DNA of 64,000 nucleotides from Candidatus Latescibacterota bacterium (GTDB taxonomy: Bacteria > Latescibacterota > UBA2968 > GCA-2709665), in assembly GCA_965249305.1 (NCBI GenBank), contig OZ252228.1:3172284-3236283 (forward strand), given 5' to 3'. Under the pieces are notes generated by a model, which had not been told where the DNA came from, did no database searches, and was given only the letters and a program-made list of their open reading frames with translations. The position numbers were made by a program, and so were the translations under genes. Each line of letters begins with the position of its first letter. Within the stretch, counting starts at the first letter, position 1. Of the stretch, positions 9,491 to 19,161 are shown one piece after another.

Positions 9491-12214
9491 TCATTCCTTT
9501 CCAAGGCTGCCGGCCCCCTGTCCCTGTGATGCATGGGTACACCTGGCCGCCAGGCCGGACAAACTCATTTGTTCGGCTATCTGGTCATGAGGGATCAAGA
9601 GATAGGTCCAGGGCTTGCCGCCATAGGTCTTCGCATGAACCGTTGCATGTTCACACCAGACGGCGGCCGCATCCGCCTTTGACTGAACAACATCATCTGA
9701 AACTTCGGAGGCGCGCTTGGGCTCGCAGAGGAATTTTTCGGCTGCGGTCTCGACTACAAAATCCGGTTCATACGATTCATCGTGGCTGTAGTGAATCCGG
9801 AAATCGCCCCTGGCGGGCTTGAACCACTTGAGGACATCCTCGTCGTTCTCGAGGATCACCGCAAAACGCCGCTCGGGATCGGAGTCGAATTTCTGCTCTG
9901 GATACAAGCATTTCTGAAATCCGTCGAAAAGCATTGAACCAATCCGGTTTTTCTCGCCATCCGGGATCGGCGCTCTGAAGTCACGAACCACCTGATCCGC
10001 GCCGGCCGTGTAGTTATTGGGACGCAAAGTACGAAACCCCTTGGTAACATGCGCCTCATAAGACGCAGCCGTCTCCGTGAAATGGTCCTGCATCTGGGAG
10101 TGGATCAGGTTCACAAGAGCTTGCTGGTGGTATTGGAGCACATTCACCACGTCATCATCTCCGCTCAGGTAGGAGCGCAGATGCACGACGACCTGACCAG
10201 CCAGCTTGTAGAGCAAAGCCGCGTGATCGTCATAACTGATATCATTGAAATCGATCAGCCCGCGCACCAGGTAATCTTCCGGCCGTGTCTCCTCGACCAC
10301 GCCTGATCCGTCACGCAGCTTATAACGGTGCATATCGTGCAGGTGCTGAATGAGAATGTCCTGTGCCACCGGCTGCAGGTTGATGTTCCTGGTGTCCAGC
10401 TCGAATTCCTGGTATCCGGCGACCACCTCGCCTTTCGGCACGACCACGATTTTGGGAATGTCGATGGAGAGGTCCTGATACAACGCCGTGGTCTTTTCCA
10501 CGACCTTGGAGATGGTATCTTTGCCGAGACTGTCGTAGAGAAGTCCGAGCTTGGGCCGGGCGATCTCCTCAATCTTCCTGACAATTTCCTTCTGGATCTC
10601 CACCTCCTGAAGTTGGTCGCTGCCGCGCAGGCGTTCGTAATGATGGATAACCTCGAGCGTTGCCTTCGCCACTTCCTGCTCTTTCGGGTTCTCGAAGAGG
10701 CTGCGGGTCTCCGGGGCCTTCTTCTTTTCTTCAGCCTTCGGCGGGGTTGCTGAGATGATTTTCTCAAACTCGGATACGACGATTACCGCCTTCTTGCCGC
10801 CCTCGGGAATATCCTTTCCAATGACCACTCCGGTACGGATGATCGAGTTCGGATCGTTAGCGTGGTCAATGATCTCCTGAAACCTGTCGTGCGAGACGAT
10901 GGTCAGGCGATCCACGGCCGGAACTCCCACCCGCTTGCCATAGGGCAGGCGCAGCCCCCGGCCGATGGATTGTTCCACCAGGGTCCGGGAGTTCGCCGCC
11001 CGCAGGGGAACGATGGTATAGAGATTCGTGACGTCCCACCCCTCTTTGAGCATGTTGACGTGGATAACGACCTCGACCGGGTTGTCCGGGTTTTCAACGT
11101 TCAGCAACTGCTCGACGACCTCGTCTTTCTCTTCGCCGCGCACGTTGGAATGGACGGTAATCACCTTGTCTTTGTATCGCCCCTCGAAGAAGGCGTCATC
11201 TTCCATAAGCTGCTGCAATGCGTTGGCATGGGTTGTATCCTGGGCGACAACCAGCATAAACGGCTTGACGATCGACTGGTCGTTGTTTCGAGCATAGACT
11301 TCCAGCTCGACCTTCGTGTTCTCATGAATCCGCACGCCGTCTTCGAGCTTGATCTTCTCCAGGCCTTCTTCCGAGTAGTTCGCGGCATCGAAGTTCTCCC
11401 GCGTCGCCACCGCCGGTTCCTTCACGAAGCCATCGGTCATCGCGCTGCTCAAGGGATAGCTGTAGATCACGTTCTTGAAGGGGTCGGCGCGCTGGCCACG
11501 CTCCACCTGCGGCGTGGCAGTCAACTCCAGCCCCAGGATGGGATTCAACTCGTTGATCGCCCGCACTCCGGCGCTGGCCCGGTAGCGATGCGATTCATCC
11601 ATCAGCATCACCAAGTCGTCCAACCCGGCGAGGTAATCGAAATAGCTCTGCCCGATGTACTCGGTCAGGCGCTTGATTCTCGGGCTCCTACCGCCGCGTA
11701 CTTCGCTGTTGATTTTAGAGATATTGAAGATGTTAATGTGAATGGAATCGGGATTCCCAAACAGATCGCCTCCTCTGATGCCGTGCCCGCTTTCGTAGTT
11801 GTCGCCGGTGATAATTTCCGGCGGATTGACCGCGAACTCAGAGATGCCCTGGAAGACATACTTGGGTGTGTTTGGCGAAAAATCGGCGAACAGCTTGTTG
11901 TAGATGGTCAGGTTCGGCGCCAGCACGAAGAAATGCCGAATGCCCTCGCTCAAGTGCAAGTAGCTGATGAAAGCGCCCATCAGCCGCGTCTTACCGACTC
12001 CCGTGGCAATGGCAAAGCACAGGGAAGGAAAATCACGCTCGAAGTCTTCTACGGTCGGGAACTCGGTCTTGAGCGTTTCTAGTGCCTGGGCGGTTTTCCC
12101 GTCCTTCTCGAGGGCGATGATCTCGCACACGCGTGCCATAATCTCCAACGAATCCCGCTGCGGGGGGCGCAGGCTCAGGCGGTTGCTGATGGCGTTGACG
12201 TGTTGAATGCTCAT
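9491..12214 (-). CDS. res: Type III restriction-modification system, restriction endonuclease/helicase subunit Res
   Basis: 907 aa with a Walker A motif (ATGVGKTRL), a DExH box (MLMDESHRY) and the ResIII-type helicase layout (...LELTATP...). It overlaps the mod stop by 4 nt (ATGA). Confidence 0.85.
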   Translation of the reverse strand: MSIQHVNAISNRLSLRPPQRDSLEIMARVCEIIALEKDGKTAQALETLKTEFPTVEDFERDFPSLCFAIATGVGKTRLMGAFISYLHLSEGIRHFFVLAPNLTIYNKLFADFSPNTPKYVFQGISEFAVNPPEIITGDNYESGHGIRGGDLFGNPDSIHINIFNISKINSEVRGGRSPRIKRLTEYIGQSYFDYLAGLDDLVMLMDESHRYRASAGVRAINELNPILGLELTATPQVERGQRADPFKNVIYSYPLSSAMTDGFVKEPAVATRENFDAANYSEEGLEKIKLEDGVRIHENTKVELEVYARNNDQSIVKPFMLVVAQDTTHANALQQLMEDDAFFEGRYKDKVITVHSNVRGEEKDEVVEQLLNVENPDNPVEVVIHVNMLKEGWDVTNLYTIVPLRAANSRTLVEQSIGRGLRLPYGKRVGVPAVDRLTIVSHDRFQEIIDHANDPNSIIRTGVVIGKDIPEGGKKAVIVVSEFEKIISATPPKAEEKKKAPETRSLFENPKEQEVAKATLEVIHHYERLRGSDQLQEVEIQKEIVRKIEEIARPKLGLLYDSLGKDTISKVVEKTTALYQDLSIDIPKIVVVPKGEVVAGYQEFELDTRNINLQPVAQDILIQHLHDMHRYKLRDGSGVVEETRPEDYLVRGLIDFNDISYDDHAALLYKLAGQVVVHLRSYLSGDDDVVNVLQYHQQALVNLIHSQMQDHFTETAASYEAHVTKGFRTLRPNNYTAGADQVVRDFRAPIPDGEKNRIGSMLFDGFQKCLYPEQKFDSDPERRFAVILENDEDVLKWFKPARGDFRIHYSHDESYEPDFVVETAAEKFLCEPKRASEVSDDVVQSKADAAAVWCEHATVHAKTYGGKPWTYLLIPHDQIAEQMSLSGLAARCTHASQGQGAGSLGKE

Positions 12215-13911
12215 TGGTCACTTCCCCTGTCGAACAATGTCGCCTGGGCCGGGTTGCTCTTGCCGAACTTCCGGCGTGGCTTGGCGGGCGTGTCTTCCGG
12301 CTGCTCTTCCGGCTCCGGCGGGGCCTTGGGAAGGTTCTGAATCTCCAGGCTGTAATCGTCGTGGCCCCACTCGCATTTCTTCAAGACCGTCTTGGGGATC
12401 TTCTTGATGGTCAGGTTGGTGAACTGAGCCGGGTCGCACCGGAAAGCGGAGCAGCAGATGAGCAGGCTGCGCTCCGGCCCGACCTCATCGCTGAGCCGGG
12501 TAAACATATCCCTGCTCATGAACTGAGTGGTCACGTAGAGGAAATCCGTCTCCGTGCTCTTCCCGTGAATCCAGTAGACATCCTCACTGGGCGCGTAGTC
12601 GAAACCCTCCAGCTTGCACATGGCCTCGGCCAGCATGGCGGCGTTGAACTCGGAGTTGATGGCCGGGTTGCCCCATTCGTCCTCAACGACCAGGGTCGGC
12701 CCCAATCGGTAGTAGCGGAAACCGCCGCCGCCTTTCCAGTTCACTGCTTTAGTAATGCCGCCGGGATCTTCGCCGTCTATAACCTTTTTTAGGCGTGGAA
12801 TACAATGCGTGTGACAGTGTTCGCCCAACTCAATCCCGATCCAACGACGGCCCATCTTGTGTGCTACAGCGGTTGTCGTTCCAGAACCGAGGAAGGAGTC
12901 GAGGACCCAATCGCCAGGATTGGTTGCAATGTGTAATATTCGTTGTAAAAGTGCCTCCGGTTTGGGCGTTGAGAATGGCGTTTCACCGGGGAACAACTTT
13001 GTAATTTCGGCCTTCGCTGTGCCTGTTGTTCCTACCTCGTTATGAAACCAAATAGTAGACGGTACTAAACCAGTCTGCACTTCCGAAAGAAATTTTTTTA
13101 CGCGAGGTACATTTCTGCCATCTTTGCCATACCATATTCGGTTATCCGCGACCATCTCTTGAAAGCGCTCTTTCGTGTAAAGCCAACACCGACCGGCCGG
13201 TGGATCTACGGTTCGTCCAGATGGTGTCGTGACGGTAAAGAACTGTGCTTGGCGTCTCCCTTTCTCAGCTTTTGCATGTGCAGGCAATGATGCCCAAGAG
13301 CCTCTGGGATCATCGTCTGGATTGGCATAACGATCGCGCTGGCTGTCGGATGCAGGAAGTGGATTCCGAGTATTTTTGAACACTTCTCGGTTTACTGCGA
13401 ATACTAAAACGTGATCATGCACCGCTGAAATATCTGTGCGATTTTCCCTGGTGTGCGATTTTTGCCAGAGTACGTTTGCAACAAAATTCTCGCGGCCAAA
13501 TATCTCGTCGCACAGTATTTTCAAATAGTGAGCTTCATTGTCGTCGATTGTCACCCACAATGATCCTTGATTGGATAGTAGTCGACGGATCAACTCCAGG
13601 CGATCTCGTATCAACGATAACCAGATAGAATGCTCAACACCATCGTCGTAGTGCATAAACGCTGAACCGGTATTGTACGGCGGATCGATAAAGACACACT
13701 TGATCTTGCCGGTAAATTCCTGTTCGAGAGCCTTGAGCGCCAGCAGGTTATCACCGAAGATCAGCCGGTTGTCGAAGATGTCGTTTTCGCTATGACGTTG
13801 CGCCGCGTGGTAGGACTTCTCCGGGTCCTCGATCAAGATTCTCGGCTCCAGCTTGGGCCGGTTCTCCTTCCCAATCCACGTGAGTTCGAGTTTTGGTTTC
13901 TGTTTTGCCAT
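12211..13911 (-). CDS. mod: Type III R-M system N6-adenine DNA methyltransferase Mod
   Basis: 566 aa. Motif IV is CVFIDPPYNTG and motif I is LDSFLGSGTTTAVAHKMGRRWIGIE. This is the amino-MTase order of Type III Mod, with mod immediately upstream of res. Confidence 0.85.
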   Translation of the reverse strand: MAKQKPKLELTWIGKENRPKLEPRILIEDPEKSYHAAQRHSENDIFDNRLIFGDNLLALKALEQEFTGKIKCVFIDPPYNTGSAFMHYDDGVEHSIWLSLIRDRLELIRRLLSNQGSLWVTIDDNEAHYLKILCDEIFGRENFVANVLWQKSHTRENRTDISAVHDHVLVFAVNREVFKNTRNPLPASDSQRDRYANPDDDPRGSWASLPAHAKAEKGRRQAQFFTVTTPSGRTVDPPAGRCWLYTKERFQEMVADNRIWYGKDGRNVPRVKKFLSEVQTGLVPSTIWFHNEVGTTGTAKAEITKLFPGETPFSTPKPEALLQRILHIATNPGDWVLDSFLGSGTTTAVAHKMGRRWIGIELGEHCHTHCIPRLKKVIDGEDPGGITKAVNWKGGGGFRYYRLGPTLVVEDEWGNPAINSEFNAAMLAEAMCKLEGFDYAPSEDVYWIHGKSTETDFLYVTTQFMSRDMFTRLSDEVGPERSLLICCSAFRCDPAQFTNLTIKKIPKTVLKKCEWGHDDYSLEIQNLPKAPPEPEEQPEDTPAKPRRKFGKSNPAQATLFDRGSDQ

Positions 13912-14167
13912 GTTTATCCTTCGATGTCCTGTATCAGTTCCTTAACAAGTCCTTTACGTAAACAAGATCATCAGCGATGATGCCTGCCAGCACCGCTGCT
14001 TCAACGGCTTTTTGAGCCCTCTGTGCGCCTTATTCATCCTTCCACCTTCCGCCTTCATCCTTCACCACCGCCTGCCCCTTTGCGGTCAGCTGGTATTTCT
14101 GCTTGCTGCTCCGGGGTTTATCCGGGATGGTACGTTCTAGTGGTCGATTTCAGAAGTTCGCATGAGT

Positions 14168-15049
14168 TTATGCAGCCAGCCGGATTCGCTGCATTCGTTC
14201 TTCCAATTCCTGCCTTGTAAAGCGCCAGTTGAAAGGTTCGGCAGTGAGATTATAGTATTCCTCAAAGCCCAAGATCCTGGCTTCCATCGCCTGTCGATCT
14301 GCCAGGTCATTGGGCGTGAGCGCCTTTCTTTGCAAGATCGAGAAATAGATCTCAATCTGATTGAGCCAACTGGCGTGGATAGGGAGATGGACGGCAATGG
14401 CATTTTCATAGGCATCCTGGAGCCGTTTAGGGAACGTGGTGGTGTAATGAGAAGATCCGTTGTCCACAATCCAGAAGACCCGATCAGCCGAAGCATAAGG
14501 CTCCCGTCCCATCACCAGGTCCACCAGCTTTTGAAAGGGCACGATGCCGGTTTTCTCATCCACACGCCCAAAGATGTGCCCTGAGAACACATCCAGTGCA
14601 GACAGATAGGCCACTGTGCCCATCCGTTTGTAGTCATTTTCCATACGAATGGGTTTGCCACAATCAGGTGGCAATGTGGCAAACTCTCGGGCTAAGATTT
14701 GGAGTTGGGATTTTTCATCGGCACAGATAACGAAGTCTTTCTTGCCAAGCGGTATCCCCTCCCATATGCCTTGATACAGGTCCAGAATGCGACTGGCTTT
14801 CTCTAAAAAGTTGGGGGCTTTGATATGAAGCCAGGATCGGTGATACCAGGGACGAAGGGCATCCTCTTTGAGAATGCGCCAAATCGTTGTGGGTGAGATT
14901 GAAGTGATCAACGCACACCTTAACACTTCCTGTTGAATCTCAAATAAGCTGAACCGAGACAGGGGCAACCCCCGTTGTGCGGGCAGTTGACAGGCAATGG
15001 CTTTGACTTCACTGACTTGCACAGGGGGAAAAAGTGGGCGGTCGCCCAC
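14168..15049 (-). CDS. IS630-family DDE transposase, orfB (catalytic DDE part)
   Basis: DFVICADEKSQL...WIVDNGSSH...YFSILQRKAL is the DDE(D/E) Tc1/IS630 catalytic core. It overlaps orfA at a T5C5 homopolymer run (15030..15040), which could be programmed -1 frameshifting or a frameshift lesion. Confidence 0.75.
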   Translation of the reverse strand: MGDRPLFPPVQVSEVKAIACQLPAQRGLPLSRFSLFEIQQEVLRCALITSISPTTIWRILKEDALRPWYHRSWLHIKAPNFLEKASRILDLYQGIWEGIPLGKKDFVICADEKSQLQILAREFATLPPDCGKPIRMENDYKRMGTVAYLSALDVFSGHIFGRVDEKTGIVPFQKLVDLVMGREPYASADRVFWIVDNGSSHYTTTFPKRLQDAYENAIAVHLPIHASWLNQIEIYFSILQRKALTPNDLADRQAMEARILGFEEYYNLTAEPFNWRFTRQELEERMQRIRLAA

Positions 15050-15302
15050 TGCGCGGTAGATCCTCTAAAGTGAAGCCTTCTTCAGTCCACCTTTTTCGCC
15101 ACTTCTGCGCCGTAGGTGAACTGACACCTGCCCTGTCGGCTAACCTCTGGTTGCCAATGGCTTTATTCTCGGCTAAGGCCACCACCATCTTTGCCCGCTG
15201 CACCTGGGATTGAGGCGCGTTGCGCTGACGAATGATTTTCTGGGCTTTTGCCAGTTGGGCTTTTGTGAAGCGAGGTTGGTATTGGGGAAGGGGACCTGAC
15301 AT
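15009..15302 (-). CDS. IS630-family transposase, orfA (HTH DNA-binding part)
   Basis: ...GVSSPTAQKWRKRWTEEGFTLEDLPRSGRPPTFSP is the typical IS630 N-terminal HTH ending in the RSGRP motif. Confidence 0.7.
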   Translation of the reverse strand: MSGPLPQYQPRFTKAQLAKAQKIIRQRNAPQSQVQRAKMVVALAENKAIGNQRLADRAGVSSPTAQKWRKRWTEEGFTLEDLPRSGRPPTFSPCASQ

Positions 15303-15673
15303 TATACACCTCCTTTACCGATTGGAATGAGGCGTATAACATACCCCTTTTTTGCCACCTATGCAACCTCATGCGTATTTGCGAAATCGACCACTAGCCA
15401 CCCAGCTACCAAGAGGGGCTCAAGGTGCGCCTTCAGGAAGTGCACACGATCCTTTAGGCCTGTTTCCTGCTGCAATTTCGCCAGAGAATGCGGTGAATGA
15501 GCGGCCGCAAGTATGTCCAACACTTGTGGGGTGAGTTGTGGGGTGACTTCCCCGGTGACTAACCCGGTGGCCTGCGGAGTATCGAGCAATACAGTCGGCA
15601 GAAAGGTCACTTACACCGAACCGGCCTGTTCCTGCCAGGCAGGAGCAGGATTGGCGTTTTCCGCGTCGTTGCT

Positions 15674-17182
15674 TCAACTCTTTCTTTGAGCGTTTTCTTC
15701 ATCCTTCATCACCGCCTTCCCCCTTTCGGTCAGCCGGTATTTCTGCAAACGGCTGTTGGGTTTGTCGGGGATGGTCATCTCGATCAAGCTCAACTCAACG
15801 CCGACTTGCTGGTAGTTTTCACGAAAGTGTTTTTCATCCCTAAGCCCCAGTTTTTCCTGCATTTCTCGTCGTGTCATTTCACCAGTTATGATTGAAAGCA
15901 TCTTTCTGACTTCGGGGGTGACTTCGGGGGTGACTTCGGGGGTGACTTCGGGGGTGACTTGCTGGATGTCGGGCAATACGGCGGGCAGAAACGTCACATA
16001 CACCGAGCCGACCTGTTCCTGCCAGGTGGGGGGCGGATTGGCGTTTTCTACGCACCAGTCAATAATGTTCAGCGTTCCGGCGCCCCAGCGTTCGATAATG
16101 CCTGCCCGGTAGAACACGTTGGCAATGATGGGATTCCAGGGCTTGGATTCGTGAGGTATGGTCAACTTCTCCGGCGTAATGCCGAAGTGGAGATCCCCGG
16201 GGTTCGTGATTTCCAGGTGATCATCGTACATGGCGACGGCCACAGCGCCGCCCGGAATGATATAGTCGCGATGGCACAGAGCATTGGCCATTGCCTCGCG
16301 TGTGGCGCGCGGCGGGTACCAGGGTTGGTCCTCCCGGATCATCTTGCCCGACACGACACGACCGGCAATGGGTACATGATCCATCAGGAAGGACTCAGCC
16401 CGGCGCAGGAGCGCAAAGGCGTGGCCCCAGTATTGCCGGTTGTCGGCGAAGTCAGCCAGACGGTTTTTGCCCCGAAATCGTGCCATACGGATACTCATCT
16501 GTGGATAGAGCGTCTTCAGGCTGCCGCTCTTGCCATAGAGTGCCACTGCGGCATTCAGGAGATTGCCTTCGCGAATCAGCTCCAAACCCCGGAGAATGGA
16601 CGCGGTATCTCGCCGATCGGTGGCCTCAAGACGTCCTAGCCGAATCGCATTGTCCAATGTAATCTGGATTTCCTCGGCGTCGAGATCTTCGATGGAGACA
16701 CCGTCCGCGACGGGTTCGTTCTCCCAGCGCCGGGTGGCGTGGAGCCGCTCTACGAGCCGCCGTTCATACTCGTCACGAGGCATAACGGCCGTGGTCGATC
16801 CGTGTCGGAGATAGGCCCGGCCATCGTAGGTATAGGGGCCGCCACCGCCGGATACAGTCAACACGATAACGGAGACCCCTTTCTTGAGGCTTATGGTTTC
16901 AATATCTGGAAACGCGGGCGGTTCTATTCTTCGAAGCACAGCGGCCGTGTCTTCCAACGTCTTCACCGAAACCTGTTGCCCCACCATATCGCCCGAGTCG
17001 GTCACGCCGAAAAGGACAAAACCACCAGGGCCGTTGAGCATGCCGCAGGTCGTCTTCGCCGCGTCGGTCCGCTGGCCGGTGGAGCGTTTGAATTCGACAC
17101 GCTCGGACTCGCCGCCGAGAACCAGTTCTTTCAGTTCGTGGACATTCATACGTATCCATCCGTATTCAGAGTCCTCACCCAT
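15674..17182 (-). CDS. Schlafen-like AlbA_2 + HATPase_c_4 (RecG C-terminal-like) + C-terminal HTH putative regulator, with an internal (TPEV)4 linker
   Basis: N-terminal ELKELVLGGESERVEFKRS...GGFVLFGV is the AlbA_2/Schlafen box. The central region is HATPase_c_4-like and the C-terminus is an HTH. The (TPEV)n linker is encoded by a 12-bp tandem repeat. Confidence 0.65.
   Translation of the reverse strand: MGEDSEYGWIRMNVHELKELVLGGESERVEFKRSTGQRTDAAKTTCGMLNGPGGFVLFGVTDSGDMVGQQVSVKTLEDTAAVLRRIEPPAFPDIETISLKKGVSVIVLTVSGGGGPYTYDGRAYLRHGSTTAVMPRDEYERRLVERLHATRRWENEPVADGVSIEDLDAEEIQITLDNAIRLGRLEATDRRDTASILRGLELIREGNLLNAAVALYGKSGSLKTLYPQMSIRMARFRGKNRLADFADNRQYWGHAFALLRRAESFLMDHVPIAGRVVSGKMIREDQPWYPPRATREAMANALCHRDYIIPGGAVAVAMYDDHLEITNPGDLHFGITPEKLTIPHESKPWNPIIANVFYRAGIIERWGAGTLNIIDWCVENANPPPTWQEQVGSVYVTFLPAVLPDIQQVTPEVTPEVTPEVTPEVRKMLSIITGEMTRREMQEKLGLRDEKHFRENYQQVGVELSLIEMTIPDKPNSRLQKYRLTERGKAVMKDEENAQRKS
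15903..15957. repeat. 12-bp tandem repeat (GGGGTGACTTCG x about 4.5) encoding (TPEV)n within the CDS
   Basis: Perfect tandem copies are visible at 15903..15957. Confidence 0.85.
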
Positions 17183-17282
17183 CTCAGGGGAATCACCTGA
17201 CCTCCCACCGAATATAAAACAGCGTCTGCACGCTCCGCCGCTGCCTCAACTGCTTCTCTATGTTCTCAATCAGTTCCTCGCG

Positions 17283-17572
17283 CTGGGTGCCGTATGCGTC
17301 GGCGATATCAGCACGTGATCAGGTGGAATCCCCGTCTGCTCATTGATTCGGTCCTTGGTAGCCTCAATCACGCGAACCGGAATGTCGATCAGATCACAGG
17401 TTACCAGACCCAGGGTCATCTCCCCGTCACTTAACGCGAACGCTCTCACATACAGCTCGTCGTGGATACGATCGGCCGTCCGATCCTGGAAACTACCGAC
17501 GAGGTGACATCCCAGATCCGGCGTGATATTTGTCTTTGCCGCTCCCGCCTTCAACGTTCCCATCGTTGCCAT
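17283..17572 (-). pseudogene. Duplicated 5' fragment (first about 98 codons) of the neutral ceramidase-like gene (about 95% nt identity to 6181..6479)
   Basis: The ORF MATMGTLKAGAAKTNITPDLGCHLVGSFQDRTADRIHDELYVRAFALSDGEMTLGLVTCDLIDIPVRVIEATKDRINEQTGIPPDHVLISPTH is near-identical to the N-terminus of 5157..6479. Identity ends exactly at the start codon. The fragment abuts the DUF1961-like gene. Confidence 0.75.
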
Positions 17573-17575
17573 TCC

Positions 17576-18265
17576 TTATTGAAGACTGTAGACTCTAAAG
17601 TCTCGATATTCGCCTCGGTACAGGTTGTTCTGCTGCCGAAATCCGAACTTCCCGCCAGTACCAATTGGAGGACCGCCAACAGTGCCACCGTCAAAATATC
17701 GATAGGATTCCTTTCCTTCAAAGAGGAGTGTGATTGTGTCATGGTATTGCTCCAAACGGACAACATGCCACTCGTTAGGCATGCTGACTGTAGAAAGGTC
17801 ATGACCGTGGGTCACCAAATGGAAACCATAGTTCTTTCTCAGGTTTGCTTCTTTCCGACCCCGGGCAATATACGACGTGTGATAACAATTGATCGCGCCG
17901 CTGTGCATGTCACTCATTACTTCTCCTCTTCGAGTGGGTAATCCAGGGTCAAAGATATCTTCTCCATCTCGTCCTCTGGCCGCCCACATAATGATAGCTA
18001 GCCCCTCGTTGCCAGGCTCAGGATAACGAAACTCCCACTCAAAGGCCACGTTTGCGGGAAAATCTCGTTTTAGCCAAAAATTGAAATGCCCGTCTTTATT
18101 TCGTGGAACAGTGAATATCTCCGAGCTCAAAGAAAGGTATCCGCCGCCGCATTCGGCAATCCCCTTTCCCTCCATGACCCAGTCTTCACGCATTTCAGCA
18201 ACCCATTCCTCCTGATTCTTGTCGAATGAGTTTTCGTAAATTAAAGTTTTTTTTACTTCATTCAT
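17576..18265 (-). CDS. DUF1961-like (concanavalin A-like lectin/glucanase superfamily) protein
   Basis: 229 aa with a family-level resemblance to YesU/DUF1961 proteins. GC is moderately lower than the flanks. Confidence 0.4.
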   Translation of the reverse strand: MNEVKKTLIYENSFDKNQEEWVAEMREDWVMEGKGIAECGGGYLSLSSEIFTVPRNKDGHFNFWLKRDFPANVAFEWEFRYPEPGNEGLAIIMWAARGRDGEDIFDPGLPTRRGEVMSDMHSGAINCYHTSYIARGRKEANLRKNYGFHLVTHGHDLSTVSMPNEWHVVRLEQYHDTITLLFEGKESYRYFDGGTVGGPPIGTGGKFGFRQQNNLYRGEYRDFRVYSLQ

Positions 18266-19161
18266 ATTCTACTCCTTATTCACAGAACGGCCCCTCATAA
18301 GGGGCGGTACGGATAGGTCGGCAGGGCAATCGCCAGCCGCACACAGCCTAAACCGCTGGAGCAGTGAAAATTATGCTCTGCCCGTACCGTCCCACTTCAT
18401 GCAATGGTTAGTATTACTTTGTCAAATACGCATCGGTCGCATTAATTCAGTCAGTTTACGCTGCACCAGTTGTTCAATCACCATATTCGATAAGGCTTTG
18501 ACCACCTGGCGGTGGATGGCCTCATAGGAACGTCGCCTTCGATCCCTTCGAGGGGGAAAAAGGATCACGAGGTTTTCCCCGTGATCGCGGCATTTCTTGG
18601 CGCTGGTTCCACTCCTTCCAACACAGGAAGCTGTAGGTCAACATCACAATGGTGGCATGGCGATGAAATCCCCTCCAGAGTCGGCCTTGATACTCATCCC
18701 ACCCCAGAAGCGATTTGGCCACCTCGTGGAACTGTTCAATCAGCCAGCGGCGATGCGCATATTCCACCATCCGTTCCAGGGGTGTGGCTTTAGGAAAGTT
18801 GGAGAAGTAATATTTCCAGTCTCCTTCTTGGCCTCTTCCGGGTCGTTCGCCAATTAACCAGCCCAACTGGATCGACTCACCAGAAAGGGTGCGATAGGCT
18901 CTTTGGGCAATGAATTTTTTACGCAACCATCCCTTGGTGCCTTCTCGCCAACGGATGGTCCGCCACGCGGAACGGGGAAGCGCTTTTAAAACCTCATCGA
19001 CACGACCGCTGCCCTTTTTGCGTTGCCCTTTCACGGCAACCCGAAAATCACATGGGACAGCCACGACATAATGTTCCTTTCGGCTCTCTAACCCCTTTAA
19101 AAAGGTAGGATCATTGCCATAGTCGGCATCGGCGACCACCACGTTATGAGGGACTTTCAAC

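Larger units (their letters stand above)
14128..15396 (-). mobile_element. IS630-family insertion sequence (about 1269 bp) with 29-bp imperfect TIRs and a TA target duplication
   Basis: Left end 14128 TAGTGGTCGATTTCAGAAGTTCGCATGAG. Right end (reverse complement of 15368..15396) TAGTGGTCGATTTCGCAAATACGCATGAG. Each end begins with TA. Transposase ORFs lie inside. Confidence 0.8.
14032..15610 (-). pseudogene. Duplicated 3' fragment (about 120 codons) of the Schlafen/AlbA_2-HATPase_c_4 gene, interrupted by the IS630 element
   Basis: 15398..15610 encodes ...TPQLTPQVLDILAAAHSPHSLAKLQQETGLKDRVHFLKAHLEPLLVAGWL, and 14032..14127 encodes ERTIPDKPRSSKQKYQLTAKGQAVVKDEGGRWKDE*. Both parallel the C-terminus of the intact 15674..17182 gene (...EMTIPDKPNSRLQKYRLTERGKAVMKDEENAQRKS*). 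DNA at 15590..15680 matches 15990..16080. Confidence 0.6.
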
